A DNA stretch of 64,000 nucleotides from assembly GCA_965240325.2 (NCBI GenBank), contig OZ251232.1:744001-808000 (forward strand). The letters are read 5' to 3'. Each line of letters starts with the position of its first letter. Position 1 is the stretch's first letter. The position numbers and the translations under genes were made by a program. Below are positions 1 to 10,430 of the stretch, piece by piece. The stretch comes from Rebecca billardiae RCC1528 (taxonomy: Eukaryota; Protista; Haptophyta). Under the pieces are notes generated by a model that saw only the letters and a list, made by a program, of their open reading frames with translations, was not told where the DNA came from and made no database searches.

Positions 1-339
1 GGACAGCAGCGTGGTGCTGAGCGCGGACGGCAGCTTGCACGCGTTCGGGAGCAACGGCTACTCTCAGCTCGGTGCCAAGACACGGCGCACCCGCGTGCCG
101 CATCCGACCCCCGTGCACGTCGTCGCGCACGGCGCCGCGTGAGCGACTGCGCGCTCGGCCACAACCACGCGCTCTTCATGACGGCGGACGGCGACGTGTA
201 CTCGTGCGGCGAGCAGACCGCTGCGCTCGGCCACGGCGTGAGCGCGGACGCCGAGGGCACGGACGTCGCCACGCCCACGCCCGTCGCGCGCAGCGTGCCA
301 CCCGGCGCGGTGCTCGCCACAGGGTGCGCAGTGCGCTGA
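1..339 (+). CDS. RCC1/BLIP-II repeat protein, partial (5' end outside window), apparently frameshifted near 138
   Basis: Frame from nt 2 reads DSSVVLSADGSLHAFGSNGYSQLG...PTPVHVVAHGAA* (TGA 140-142). Frame from 139 continues VSDCALGHNHALFMTADGDVYSCGEQTAALGHG...TPTPV. Both are typical RCC1 repeat units. Confidence 0.75.
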   Translation, partial: GQQRGAERGRQLARVREQRLLSARCQDTAHPRAASDPRARRRARRRVSDCALGHNHALFMTADGDVYSCGEQTAALGHGVSADAEGTDVATPTPVARSVPPGAVLATGCAVR

Positions 340-367
340 GTGGCTGCGCCGCGCACTTCCGCTTGGA

Positions 368-912
368 CCCCCTCCACCACGCTGGTCGCTGCTCCACCCG
401 TGAGGCCGCTGCTCGCCGCCTCACGCCTGGGCACTCTTCCAGTGCGCTTCCATCCTTCTCTTCTCATTCCACATCTGCATGCTGCCGTCCTCAGCGGCCT
501 CCCCCCTCCACCACGCTGGTCGCTGCTCCACCCGTGAGGCCGCTGCTCGCCGCCTCACGCCTGGGCACTCTTCCAGTGCGCTTCCATCCTTCTCTTCTCA
601 TTCCACATCTGCATGCTGCCGTCCTCAGCGGCCTCCCCCCTCCACCACGCTGGTCGCTGCTCCACCCGTGAGGCCGCTGCTCGCCGCCTCACGCCTGGGC
701 ACTCTTCCAGTGCGCTTCCATCCTTCTCTTCTCATTCCACATCTGCATGCTGCCGTCCTCAGCGGCCTCCCCCCTCCACCACGCTGGTCGCTGCTCCACC
801 CGTGAGGCCGCTGCTCGCCGCCTCACGCCTGGGCACTCTTCCAGTGCGCTTCCATCCTTCTCTTGACCCTTTCCATTGCACATCTGCATGGTGCCGTCCT
901 CAGCGGCCTCCT
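368..912. repeat. 134-bp tandem repeat, ~4 copies (last copy diverged)
   Basis: Unit CCCCTCCACCACGCTGGTCGCTGCTCCACCCGTGAGG...CTCAGCGGCCTCC recurs with period 134 (identical ORF starts at 479 and 613). Confidence 0.95.
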
Positions 913-1560
913 CCCGTGTCTCGCCTGCGCCGTGGCCTCCGCGCGCGCGCGGCCCGCTGCTCGTGGCCCCGGGCAGCAGCACCCCCTCGCTGCTGCCCGC
1001 CGCCTCCAGCTCGCCGCCCGCCCCGGACCCCCGGCCGGCTTCTCTTCATCGACTCCTCGCCTGCCGACGACCGCCGCTGCCGCCGCCGACACGGCTCCGC
1101 CCACGTCCGCGTGGGCGCGACTCCGTGCCTGGCCGCTGCCGCCCCGGCCGCCGACAGTCTGCTCGCCGCCCACGCACGGCCCGCGCCGTCGCGTGGCGGC
1201 GCGCACCGCCAGCCACCAGCCGCTCAAGCCCGTGCTCCCTCGGTCGTCCTCCCCTCGGACGGCCGCTGGGGCTCGCCCTCGAGCGGCGGCTGCCAACTCG
1301 GCCCGAGACAGTAGCAAGTCTCGTCCGAGCCTGCAACCGCAGGCTCCGAGTGAGTCCGCCAGCAGGCCTCGGCTCGGCCAGTGCTCACTCTCCGTGCGCT
1401 GCGGCGCCGTGCCGTGCCGCCTGCGCCTGACGGCGTGAAACGCCTCGTCCTGTCGACGTGTCGTACTCGAACTACTCGATCCGGACTAACTCACCGTTAG
1501 TGACTAAGCTCATAGTCATACTCATTCTATGATTTAATAACGACACTGTCAGACTAGTAG

Positions 1561-1739
1561 AGTTTACTAAGAATAAGAGACGCACATTCAGTTTACTAAT
1601 AAGAATAAGCCAGACGCACACATGTCACATCAGCTCAGCCTCAGGTCATAGGCGCGAGATTATTGACGGCCCGCCAACTGTCACGACCGCCGCCATGAAG
1701 CCGTCGCCGATGGTAGCGCCGCCGGAAAAATTCGTTCAG
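1561..1739 (+). mobile_element. Dispersed repeat family A (two adjacent copies); probable DNA-transposon end
   Basis: AGTTTACTAAGAATAAGAGACGCACA at 1561 and a longer copy at 1589-1739 that aligns with 2172-2298. Confidence 0.65.
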
Positions 1740-2054
1740 CCGTCCGCCTGCGAGGCCTGGACGAGGGCTGCGGCCGCCTCGCGTCGCGCCAGCGCCCGTC
1801 GTCCTCGCCCCACCGTCGTCCACAAAACGTCGTCGGCTCGTCGTCCGAACTCGCCGACTGGGCGCCGATGCGACAGCGCGCCGACAGGATGAGGATGAGT
1901 AGTAGGGAATGTAGAGCCCCACTGTCGGTTGGGGAAGGTGTGTATCAAGCGGCATGACTGGGGTAGCTTAATTATCACACAGAAGGTCTGGCCCTCAGGT
2001 GATATGTGCCCCAGACACAGTAGTTATCATAGAACAATAATTCTTATACGCTAC

Positions 2055-2298
2055 TACAGTTTACTAAGAATAACAGAGACGCACACAGCTCAGGCAGGCG
2101 AGATTTAAGACGCCGCCCGCACTCTAAGAGTGTGATGAGTGATGTACCGTGTCTTCGTCCCTAATAATATATACAGTTTACTAATATAATAAGAGACGCA
2201 CACAGCTCAGGCTGAGGCAGGCGAGATTGACGCCCGCCAACTGTCACCGCCCATGAAGCCGTCGCCGATGGTAGCGCCGCCTGAAAAAATCGTTCAGT
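2055..2298 (+). mobile_element. Dispersed repeat family A (copies at 2055 and 2172)
   Basis: TACAGTTTACTAA..AATAA.AGAGACGCACACAGCTCAGG...GGCGAGATT in both copies; the TA|CAG start resembles a Tc1/mariner terminus. Confidence 0.65.
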
Positions 2299-2301
<3 letters not shown>

Positions 2302-2370
<69 letters not shown>

Positions 2371-2394
2371 ACGACGTGGCAGCATCGGACAAGC

Positions 2395-2441
<47 letters not shown>
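2302..2441. repeat. Two (TA)n microsatellites separated by ~28 bp
   Basis: (TA)n at ~2302-2367 and ~2396-2441. Confidence 0.97.
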
Positions 2442-2444
<3 letters not shown>

Positions 2445-2860
2445 TTTATTTGTTTTAACGTGCGTAAGGCTCACGGTGGCAGGTTGCCGCGCCATCCTTC
2501 ATCGCACGCTCTCCGAAGAGAGACCTGGAAACTGGTTTTTATCGCATGACCTCAGATGCAAGAGCACGCCAGTACTCTGCCCGACTCGCCACTCGGCCAC
2601 AGAACAGTATCTGCACAATCAGCCCCGCGGGCGTCCCACCAGTCTGCAGCCGGACCGTACCGGATCCACCGCTTGTCGGGGGGGTGTCCGGGGCGTAGGT
2701 CCGGGTCTGCAGACTGGGCCGTCTGGGCGTCCCACGGCCCGGCCGTTCGTCAATCTCCAATCATCACCGCCGGTTCCGGTGGGACCGATGAATCAAAGGA
2801 ATGATCGATGATATGAATCGATGAATAATTTAATTGCGCGAGCGCGAACTGGAATGGCGC

Positions 2861-4009
2861 ATGGCGGTGGCAACGTCCTATGCGCTCGCCCTTGTTGCTG
2901 TTTGTGGCGGGGCGCCGCCGGGATCTACCGGCACGGCGGTGCCGCTGCTCGTCATCAAGCGCTTTCGCATGGGCTCCTTCCTCATGTACGACCGCATGCA
3001 CCAGCGCTCTGACGTCGACTTCAGATTCGAGATCTTCCACTGCTTTCCCCGGCCAACAACCAACTCGTCGCTGCCAGGAGAAGAGCAACGGCTGCAGAGA
3101 TGGGCCACGGAGAGCGTCTACCTCCGCAGCTTTCTGGATCCATCGCGTAGGCCGTGCTGCGATCCGCGGCCCGAAAAGCGTTGTCAGCTCGAAACGCGCA
3201 CAGCGTGCAGGCGTGAGTGCGCCTACTTTGGTGGCTCCCTCGCCGTGGGCGCGCGTCAGTTCTACGTGGGGCCCGACAACCTGGCGGCGATAGTTCGTGC
3301 CATCCCGCGGTTGCGCTTAGCCCTGCACTCACGCCGGAACATCGTGAAATGGGCATACTCGCACATGTCGGAGCGGGAACGGTATACCACCCCATCGCAG
3401 CGCGGCCAGGCGCCTGTGCCAAAGGACAAGCCCATTCCCTTCCACTCGAAAGGACTCATCAGGATGGCGACGCATCTGCACCACAGCCGCATGCAGAACG
3501 CCGCGATGCTGGAGGACCTGTCACGAGGCACAGAGCTGGGTGTCTACCTTGTCGTCGATTACGAAGACCTGCAGCTCGACGCCGCCGGCGCGGCCACGGC
3601 ACTGCTCACGCTTGCGGGCGCTGACGCGCGCGACAGCGGGATGCGTGCGGTCGCGCACCGCCAATTGCAGCAAGCCCAGACGAAGATGAGCGCGGAGTCG
3701 CTCGAGGCGGTGATATCGAACTTCGACGAGCTGCGGCGAGCCTTCGCCAAAACGAGCGCCTGCCTGCACGACCTCCTTGTGTCGCGCGAGCCGCTGGTCG
3801 CCTACCCGCCGACGTGCGTGAGACTGCGCACAGAGCCGTGCGCTCAGCCCCCGGTGCCTCGCGATGCAGGCTTCAACGCCTCCACACTCGGCACGCTGGG
3901 CAAGCGAACGATGGTGTTCCCCGCGTGCCCCGCGCCGCTGTGGCGCCCGGACCCGTCTCGAGCCATCAGCGTGGCTGCCCCCGGATCATCGTCGTCATAC
4001 CGACAATGA
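2861..4009 (+). CDS. Stf0/NodH-like P-loop sulfotransferase with N-terminal signal/anchor
   Basis: Hydrophobic N-terminus MAVATSYALALVAVCGG; 5'-PSB-like LVIKRFRMGS; 3'-PB-like HSRRNIVKWAYS; VDYEDL; C-terminal SLEAVISNFDEL. Confidence 0.7.
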   Translation: MAVATSYALALVAVCGGAPPGSTGTAVPLLVIKRFRMGSFLMYDRMHQRSDVDFRFEIFHCFPRPTTNSSLPGEEQRLQRWATESVYLRSFLDPSRRPCCDPRPEKRCQLETRTACRRECAYFGGSLAVGARQFYVGPDNLAAIVRAIPRLRLALHSRRNIVKWAYSHMSERERYTTPSQRGQAPVPKDKPIPFHSKGLIRMATHLHHSRMQNAAMLEDLSRGTELGVYLVVDYEDLQLDAAGAATALLTLAGADARDSGMRAVAHRQLQQAQTKMSAESLEAVISNFDELRRAFAKTSACLHDLLVSREPLVAYPPTCVRLRTEPCAQPPVPRDAGFNASTLGTLGKRTMVFPACPAPLWRPDPSRAISVAAPGSSSSYRQ

Positions 4010-4429
4010 CATCTGTCGCCAGTGTCGCGGACGACATGCACCCGTTTCGAGTTGCGACGGACCAGAAGATGTGACTACACGCGCATATCGTCGTCGCGTC
4101 CTCGTCGTCACTATATATATATATAAATATATACAGGGGGGTCCAGATGAAGTTGGGGAGTTCGGAAGGGAAGCCATGGCGGGCGTGAATGGCCGTCCCA
4201 CCGCGATCCAAGGCCCCAGCGCCACGGCCCGGTCACCGCCGGGGCGTGGCGTAGGCCCTTCGGGCAGGTCGGCGTCGCCGTACGAGCGCGTGTGCGTGAG
4301 TGATGACTGCTACGCTACAGCTTATTCCCTTCCGACTTTTCGACGACCACTCTCACGTCCACATCCACGTCATCGTGTGACCGGCGCGCGTGAGACTGCG
4401 CATGAGAAGGATGGCCGATGGCCAGTAGG

Positions 4430-6374
4430 TCAGCCCAGGGGTGCCGCTGTAGTATTTGCAGTCGTCGCCCGCTGCCTTGGCCTCATCATGTAGTTGTACG
4501 CGTCGACGAGTTCCGACGCCGAGGCCGTGTTCGAGTTGCGGATGCCGTGGTGCTGAGATAGTGGATGGGGTCGCCCTGGCCGGTGTGCGCGGCCTTGGTC
4601 TTCCGTCTACGGTCTAGGCGTCTTGCCGAGCAGTTGCGGAAGTAGTCGCCCTTGCCGTTGAGGAAGCAGTCGTCGCGTCCTGGCCGCTGAGGAAGTATAG
4701 TCGGGCCGCTGACCGGCGCCATCCGTGTCCGTGAAGTGCCGCCTGCCGCCGTTACAGCCCCGAACCCCGGAAACTGCAGACTAATTCTATGATTTAAAGA
4801 CACAGGCACGAGGGCGCAGCTCTCCTGATTCGTCTGTCGAAGTACTGAATGGAGTTAATGGAGGATGTCGGAGCGCGTTGGCCGCGGGTGAGGGAGTCGT
4901 CGTAACCGATGCTGATCACACGGTCACTGAGGTAGTAGGCGCCCGGGGATGCCGCTGTTTTGCAGTCGTCGTCGGCCTTGGTCATCATGTAGTTGCCCGT
5001 GTCGTCGTCGTCCGAGGCTGTTCAAGTTGATGCCGTAGTGCAGGTAGTGGATGTGGTCGCCCGGGCCGGTGTGCGCGGCCTAGTGGCCTTGCCGAGTTGA
5101 GGGAGTAGTCGCCCTTGCCGTTGAGGAAGTCGTCGTCCTTGCCGTTGAGGAAGTCGTCGCCCTGGCCGCAGAGGAAGTCGTCGCCCTTGCCGTTGAGGAA
5201 GTCGTCGTCCTGGCCGCTGAGGGTGCCTGCGCTGCCCAACCGGGGCACGGAGCCTCGCACTCGGTGTCATTATAAGACTAATTCTATGATTTAAAGACAC
5301 AGGCACGAGGGCGCAGCTCTCCTGATTCGTCTGTCGAAGTACTGAATGGAGTTAATGGAGGATGTCGGAGCGCGTTGGCCGCGGGTGAGGGAGTCGTCGT
5401 AACCGATGCTGATCACACGGTCACTGAGGTAGTAGGCGCCCGGGGATGCCGCTGTTTTGCAGTCGTCGTCGGCCTTGGTCATCATGTAGTTGCCCGTGTC
5501 GTCGTCGTCCGAGGCTGTTCAAGTTGATGCCGTAGTGCAGGTAGTGGATGTGGTCGCCCGGGCCGGTGTGCGCGGCCTAGTGGCCTTGCCGAGTTGAGGG
5601 AGTAGTCGCCCTTGCCGTTGAGGAAGTCGTCGTCCTTGCCGTTGAGGAAGTCGTCGCCCTGGCCGCAGAGGAAGTCGTCGCCCTTGCCGTTGAGGAAGTC
5701 GTCGTCCTGGCCGCTGAGGGTGCCTGCGCTGCCCAACCGGGCGCGTCTGGCGCGCCAGCGCCGCGCGCGGCTCTACGCCAGCGACTGCGGCGCGGCGGCA
5801 GCCAGGTCACGGGGGGGGTCGCCGAGGGACGCGGTGCGAGCCTGCTTGGCCGGCTTGGCGTCGCTCCCGCCAGCGGAGGAGGGCCCATCCTCCTCCGCCA
5901 ACGTGGACGGCTCGGTCGCCGCGCGCTTGCCGGCTGCCGCGGCGCCGGGGGGCAGGACCAGGCGGTAGTTGGACTCCCCGAGCGCCGGCCTGGCCTGTTG
6001 CACCTCGGGCCCGTCCGACGGCGCGGCCGCGGTTGGTGGCTGGGGTGGCGGGATGGCATCGTCCGAACCCTCCCCCTCGGGCTCCTCCGCCTCCGGGCCG
6101 GCGGGGTCCGCCGCCTGTTGGTCGGCCGGCTGAGGAGCAGGGCGGCGCGCAGCGGCGGGCGGCGCGGGCGGCACAGGCGGCGCGGGCGGCACGCCCCACA
6201 GGTTGTGTGGGACGCGGGCGGCGCCGGCGATGCGGCGGCTCGGCTTGAGCGGCGCGAAGAAGATGGGGTGCTCGGGGTCGATGGGCATGAAACGCAGGCG
6301 GAGGAAGATCAGGTTCACACCGCCGGAGTAGATGTTGGTCTCGGCACGGAGCCTCGCACTCGGTGTCATTATAA
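4430..6374. mobile_element. Tandem array of a ~1.1 kb element with imperfect TIRs: diverged partial copy (~4430-4715), internally deleted copy (4777-5273), full copy (5274-6374)
   Basis: 4777-5240 matches 5274-5737 (period 497). Both copies end in GGCACGGAGCCTCGCACTCGGTGTCATTATA (~5243 and ~6343). Start TTTAAAGACACAGGCACGAGG resembles the reverse complement of the end (TTATAATGACACCGAGTGCGAGG). Confidence 0.65.
5482..6369 (-). pseudogene. Interrupted ORF inside the element: Pro/Ala-rich part, in-frame TAG at 5773-5775, then DDFLNGKG octapeptide repeats
   Basis: ORFs 5773..6369 and 5482..5736 are in the same frame and are separated by one stop codon. Confidence 0.35.
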
Positions 6375-6616
6375 TATTAATTAATATATGCTGAGAAGTA
6401 CTGATGCTAAGCGTCGTACTACTTTATTAGTTTAGCGCAGTAGTGATGAATATGTGACGATATCTGATATCGGTCATATATTAATTATTATTCGGTCGGC
6501 GCAATCATCAGCACGCGCGCGACGCGACCGGAGCCTGAGGACCGGACGAACTGATGCTGCTACTGCGAGGCCAGGGGGCTGCAACATGACGTTTCGCCCG
6601 GCGCCAGCACGGCGGC

Positions 6617-8290
6617 TCACGCCTGCGACGCGCCCTCCACGGCTTGCGCGCGGAGTCTCCTGTTCCGCCGCACCTGGCGCTCGAGCTCGCCCGCGCTGAA
6701 CACCTCGCCCGCGAACCGATGCTGCTCGGCGGCAGCGACGTCGCGCCCGCTGCGAGCGTTGGCGTCTGACGCTGGCCCTGCTCGGCCGCGCGGCGCCGAG
6801 GCGTCGGGCGGGAGCCCGACCACCGTCGGGGCCCACGCGACCACGGGCGCTCCGCCACGCTCGGCGAAGCTCGGCGTCGCGCGCCCCGGGTGCCAGTGCT
6901 CCGCGTGATCCGCGCCCGGCGCGCGCTCGGCCGGCTCGGCGGGCGTGCGTCGCGGCGCCGGCTGGCCCTCGGCGATGCCGTGCAGGCCTGGCGCGGCGGA
7001 CGAGGGCCGGCGGCGCGCGCCGCTCGGCGGCCGCGCGCCGGCGTGGCGATGGCGCGGCTGCATCCGCTCCAGCAGCAGCTCCGCCACCTCCTCCCGCTCC
7101 GCGGGCGGCTCGGCGGGGAGCGCGGTCGACGGGCGGCGCTGCGCCGCGCGCGTGTGCACCTCGCGGAAGAGGCGGCGCGTGCGCCACACCGTCTCTGCCG
7201 ACGGCCGCGGCGCGGCGGCGCTCGACGCGGCGGCGTCGGACTGGCGCGAGCTTCGCCGCATGGAGGACGCCGTCGGCTGGTCGTGCGTCGACGGACGGCG
7301 CACCGGTCTCGCCGCCGAGCCCCGCGCCGCGCCCGCCGACTGCGGCCGCGCGGCCGCGGGCGCGGGTACCTCGCCGAGCTTGACGGAGCGGACGCCGGCG
7401 GCGACGCGCGCGCTCGTGAGGCTCGTGTTGGCGCGCGCCTGCACGCGCTGCTCCTTCTGCACGCGCCACAGTGTCGCCTTGCGCAGCCCGTACGGCTGCT
7501 CCAGCGCGTCCCGCCGCGCCTGCGCCGCCAGCCGCCGCCGCCGATCGTCCGCACCGAGCATCTCATGTGTGAGTGTGCCCATCTGCAGCAGCCCCACGCC
7601 CTCGAACCGCGCCTGCTCCTTGAGCGCGGCGACCCACGTGGGCGGCTTGACGCCGTGGCCGTCGGCGGCGTGCGGGTCGGCGCGCGCCTCGAGCATCGCG
7701 AGCACGCGGTACGCCGTCTCCCTGCTCGGGGGCCCCATCCGCAGCGCCACGTGCAGCGGCCGGTGGCCGGCAGCGTCCGGCAGGTGCAGTCCGTGGGAGG
7801 GCGCGGCCGCGTGGAGGACGGCGTCGAAGGCGGCGCGCGTGCCGTACTTGAGCGCGGCGTGCAGCGGCGTGCCCAGCCGCTCTGACAGCGCCACCGCGTC
7901 CGCCCCCGCCTCCACCAGCGCGGCGACCATCGGCTCGCCGCAGCCGCTCACGATCGCGACATGGAGCGCGCGCATCTCGCCGACCGTCATCACGTTCGGG
8001 TCGACGCCGTCGAGCAGGAGCTCGGCGGCGAGGCGCGTGTCGCCGTTCGAGACCGCGGAGAGGAGCATCCGCTCGCGCACGGGCATGATCGTCCGGTTCG
8101 GCCGCATCCAGCGGTGCGCCACCTCGTGCGCATTCGCCGCGGAGAGCGGTCGGAACTGCGGGTCTTCCGTCACGGCCTCCCAGCCGCAGTCTCGCCGCGG
8201 GGGCGTGGGCGTGCGCGGAGGGGTGTCCGGTGGCGATAGACTCGGCGCGACCCGCGCCGCCGGCGCGGAGCGCGGCCGTTGCCGCTGCAT
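6617..8290 (-). CDS. Ankyrin-repeat protein
   Basis: LLSAVSNGDTRLAAELLLDGVDPN, RALHVAIVSG..MVAALVEAGAD, GTPLHAALKYG, GHRPLHVALRMG...LEARADPHAADGHG. Start placed at ATG 8290. Confidence 0.85.
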   Translation of the reverse strand: MQRQRPRSAPAARVAPSLSPPDTPPRTPTPPRRDCGWEAVTEDPQFRPLSAANAHEVAHRWMRPNRTIMPVRERMLLSAVSNGDTRLAAELLLDGVDPNVMTVGEMRALHVAIVSGCGEPMVAALVEAGADAVALSERLGTPLHAALKYGTRAAFDAVLHAAAPSHGLHLPDAAGHRPLHVALRMGPPSRETAYRVLAMLEARADPHAADGHGVKPPTWVAALKEQARFEGVGLLQMGTLTHEMLGADDRRRRLAAQARRDALEQPYGLRKATLWRVQKEQRVQARANTSLTSARVAAGVRSVKLGEVPAPAAARPQSAGAARGSAARPVRRPSTHDQPTASSMRRSSRQSDAAASSAAAPRPSAETVWRTRRLFREVHTRAAQRRPSTALPAEPPAEREEVAELLLERMQPRHRHAGARPPSGARRRPSSAAPGLHGIAEGQPAPRRTPAEPAERAPGADHAEHWHPGRATPSFAERGGAPVVAWAPTVVGLPPDASAPRGRAGPASDANARSGRDVAAAEQHRFAGEVFSAGELERQVRRNRRLRAQAVEGASQA

Positions 8291-8470
8291 GCTCGTCCAG
8301 CAGCGCGCGCCCCAAGGGGACCGACCCTTCACGCGCCTGTGGCGGCTGCCCCCATCCCGCCCGGGTCGGCTGTTTTTCGTGGCCGCGCTGTTGATGACGT
8401 TTCCACCGCTCGCATCCGGATCGAAACATGAAACGACCGCCGCACCGGCAGGTTCTGTAACGTCACGAGC

Positions 8471-10228
8471 TCACGGCAGGTTGCGAGGGGGCAGCTCCGC
8501 CGACAGCGGGCAGTCGCCTCCACTGGCGCACGCGTGCAGGAAGCGCATGCCTTCGGCGCTCTCGATGTGGTGGAACGCAACGATGTGCTCGCTCAGTAGC
8601 CGCAGCGAGCGCGGGAACGGATGAGACCCAGCGTGGTGGCCAGGCCCAGGCGGAGCAACGCCGTGATCTGCGGCCTCAGCCTGCTGCGCCGCAGGCGCCG
8701 CGGGCACATCAACACGACCGGCCGTGCTGCCAGGCCCCGCCTGCGGCGCGGGCTTTGTGCGGGCTTGTGCTGCTCCTCGGGAGGCCAGCGCGCCGAGCGC
8801 GCGCGCGCGCAGCGCCCGCCCGTCGGCGCCCGCCCCACCCGCGCCAGCAGCTCTGCCCAGCGCGCCCAGCCGAGACAGAGGCCAAGGGTGCTGCGCGGCG
8901 CTCGTCCGGCCGGCGGCCGGCGGGCGCCTTCGGGCCAGCGCGGCGACGGGTGCAGCTGCGCGCCCGCCACGCCGCGCCCCGCGGCCCCGCGCCGCCGCCG
9001 GCCGCGCGGCCGCGACGCCCGCTCCCGCCGCCGCACCCGCCGCTCGCGCCTCGGCGCTCGGCGCGCCCGGCGCGTCCGGCGCGCCCGCGTACGCGGCGCG
9101 CTCGCCGAGCGCGAGCGCGCCCGCCAGGTGCCGCGGCTGCACGCGGAAGTTGTTGTAGATGAAGAGGAGGGTGCCTGGGGCCGTGTACTTGGGCATCATG
9201 TCGCGGAAGAGCCGCCGCGTCACGCACGCGCTCATGCGATCCGCGCCGTGGCCGTGCATCACGTAGTTGCACGCGGCACTGCAGTCGAAGCCGTGGCCGC
9301 GCGCTCGCGTGCGCTGGGCGATCGGCTCCCGCCACGGCGAGTCGACCGCGCAGTACGGCCAGGCGAAGGTGAACTGCGCGTCGGGCACGCAGCGCACGCG
9401 CACGCGCTCGCGCAGCGGGCCGAAGATGCACGTGTTGACCAGGTGGTCGTTGTTGTACAAGGCGCCCCTGTACGGCTTCTTGTACCTGGCTGTCTCTGCT
9501 GGGCAGCGCGAGAGGGCGCTGCCGTCGGCGGACGCGCGCGCCGGCGCGCGCGCCGACGGCGCGGCGCGCAGCGTGTCGCGGAGCGCGTAGCACTCGATGG
9601 TGAGGGCGCGGCACGCGTCGATCACCGACGGCTCGCCGAGCAGCCGCGCGAGCGCGCCGTTCATCAGCATGAACGGCGCGCTCGTCGAGCAGGTGCGCGC
9701 GTGGTTGGCCGCCGCCTTGCGCGGGAAGAGGCCGAGTGGCGCGCTGCCGTTGAGCTGCGCGCGCCACGCGCCCACGAGGCGGCGGAGGAGGCGCGTGTTC
9801 CAGAAGGCGTCGTCGTCGGTGAAGAGGTACACGTCGCGCGCGGGGAAGCGCCGCGTCGCGTCCGCGATCACGTGCTCGAGCTTGTACTGCGCGCCCGCGA
9901 GGCTCGAGCCAAGGCTCTCGTTGCCGCGGCCGCAGCACGGGGCGACGACGGCGCTGCCCGCCGGGCCGCCCGCCGTGGCAGTGCGGCGTCGCTCGGTGGC
10001 GCGGTCTGCCACGGCGTGCGAGTCCACGTACACCGCCAGGTCCTCCACGCCGCGCCCCCACGTCTCGAGCACGGCCATGCCCAGGTCGTCGAAGCGCGCA
10101 TCCGACGAGACGACGGCGATCGCGATGCTGAGCTCGCCGCCGCCGCGCACCTCGCGGACGGTGAGCCAGGCGAGCAGGCACGCGGCTAGGCTACCGCGCA
10201 CGCGCAGCCCGCCGAGCGCCGGGCTCAT
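8471..10228 (-). CDS. Fringe/GT31-like glycosyltransferase (type II membrane); low-complexity ~8620-9110 segment may be intronic
   Basis: N-terminal hydrophobic anchor; IAIAVVSS...AVLETWGR; DxD motif VYLFTDDDAFWN; YNNDHLVNTC; C-terminal IVAFHH. Confidence 0.65.
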   Translation of the reverse strand: MSPALGGLRVRGSLAACLLAWLTVREVRGGGELSIAIAVVSSDARFDDLGMAVLETWGRGVEDLAVYVDSHAVADRATERRRTATAGGPAGSAVVAPCCGRGNESLGSSLAGAQYKLEHVIADATRRFPARDVYLFTDDDAFWNTRLLRRLVGAWRAQLNGSAPLGLFPRKAAANHARTCSTSAPFMLMNGALARLLGEPSVIDACRALTIECYALRDTLRAAPSARAPARASADGSALSRCPAETARYKKPYRGALYNNDHLVNTCIFGPLRERVRVRCVPDAQFTFAWPYCAVDSPWREPIAQRTRARGHGFDCSAACNYVMHGHGADRMSACVTRRLFRDMMPKYTAPGTLLFIYNNFRVQPRHLAGALALGERAAYAGAPDAPGAPSAEARAAGAAAGAGVAAARPAAARGRGARRGGRAAAPVAALARRRPPAAGRTSAAQHPWPLSRLGALGRAAGAGGAGADGRALRARALGALASRGAAQARTKPAPQAGPGSTAGRVDVPAAPAAQQAEAADHGVAPPGPGHHAGSHPFPRSLRLLSEHIVAFHHIESAEGMRFLHACASGGDCPLSAELPPRNLP

Positions 10229-10430
10229 CGGCTCGAGCTGGCACCAGCTCGTGCGCCGCGGCGCGCAAGCGCGACGGCCATGGATATGTCCCAACGCGAG
10301 AGGGAGGACTATCAATACAGTACACTTACAGTATGTACTGTTACATCAGTACAGTAGTTTAGCTACTACGACGTACATACGGTTACATGTATTCTGATTA
10401 CTACTGACTACGAGTGTACGCGGTACTTCA

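Noticed and set aside
340-1438. Multiple overlapping ORFs across the 134-bp repeat and downstream GC-rich tract
   Set aside because: The repeat period is not a multiple of 3 and no protein motif is recognisable.
2244-2549. YIYIYI ORFs
   Set aside because: Translation of (TA)n microsatellites.
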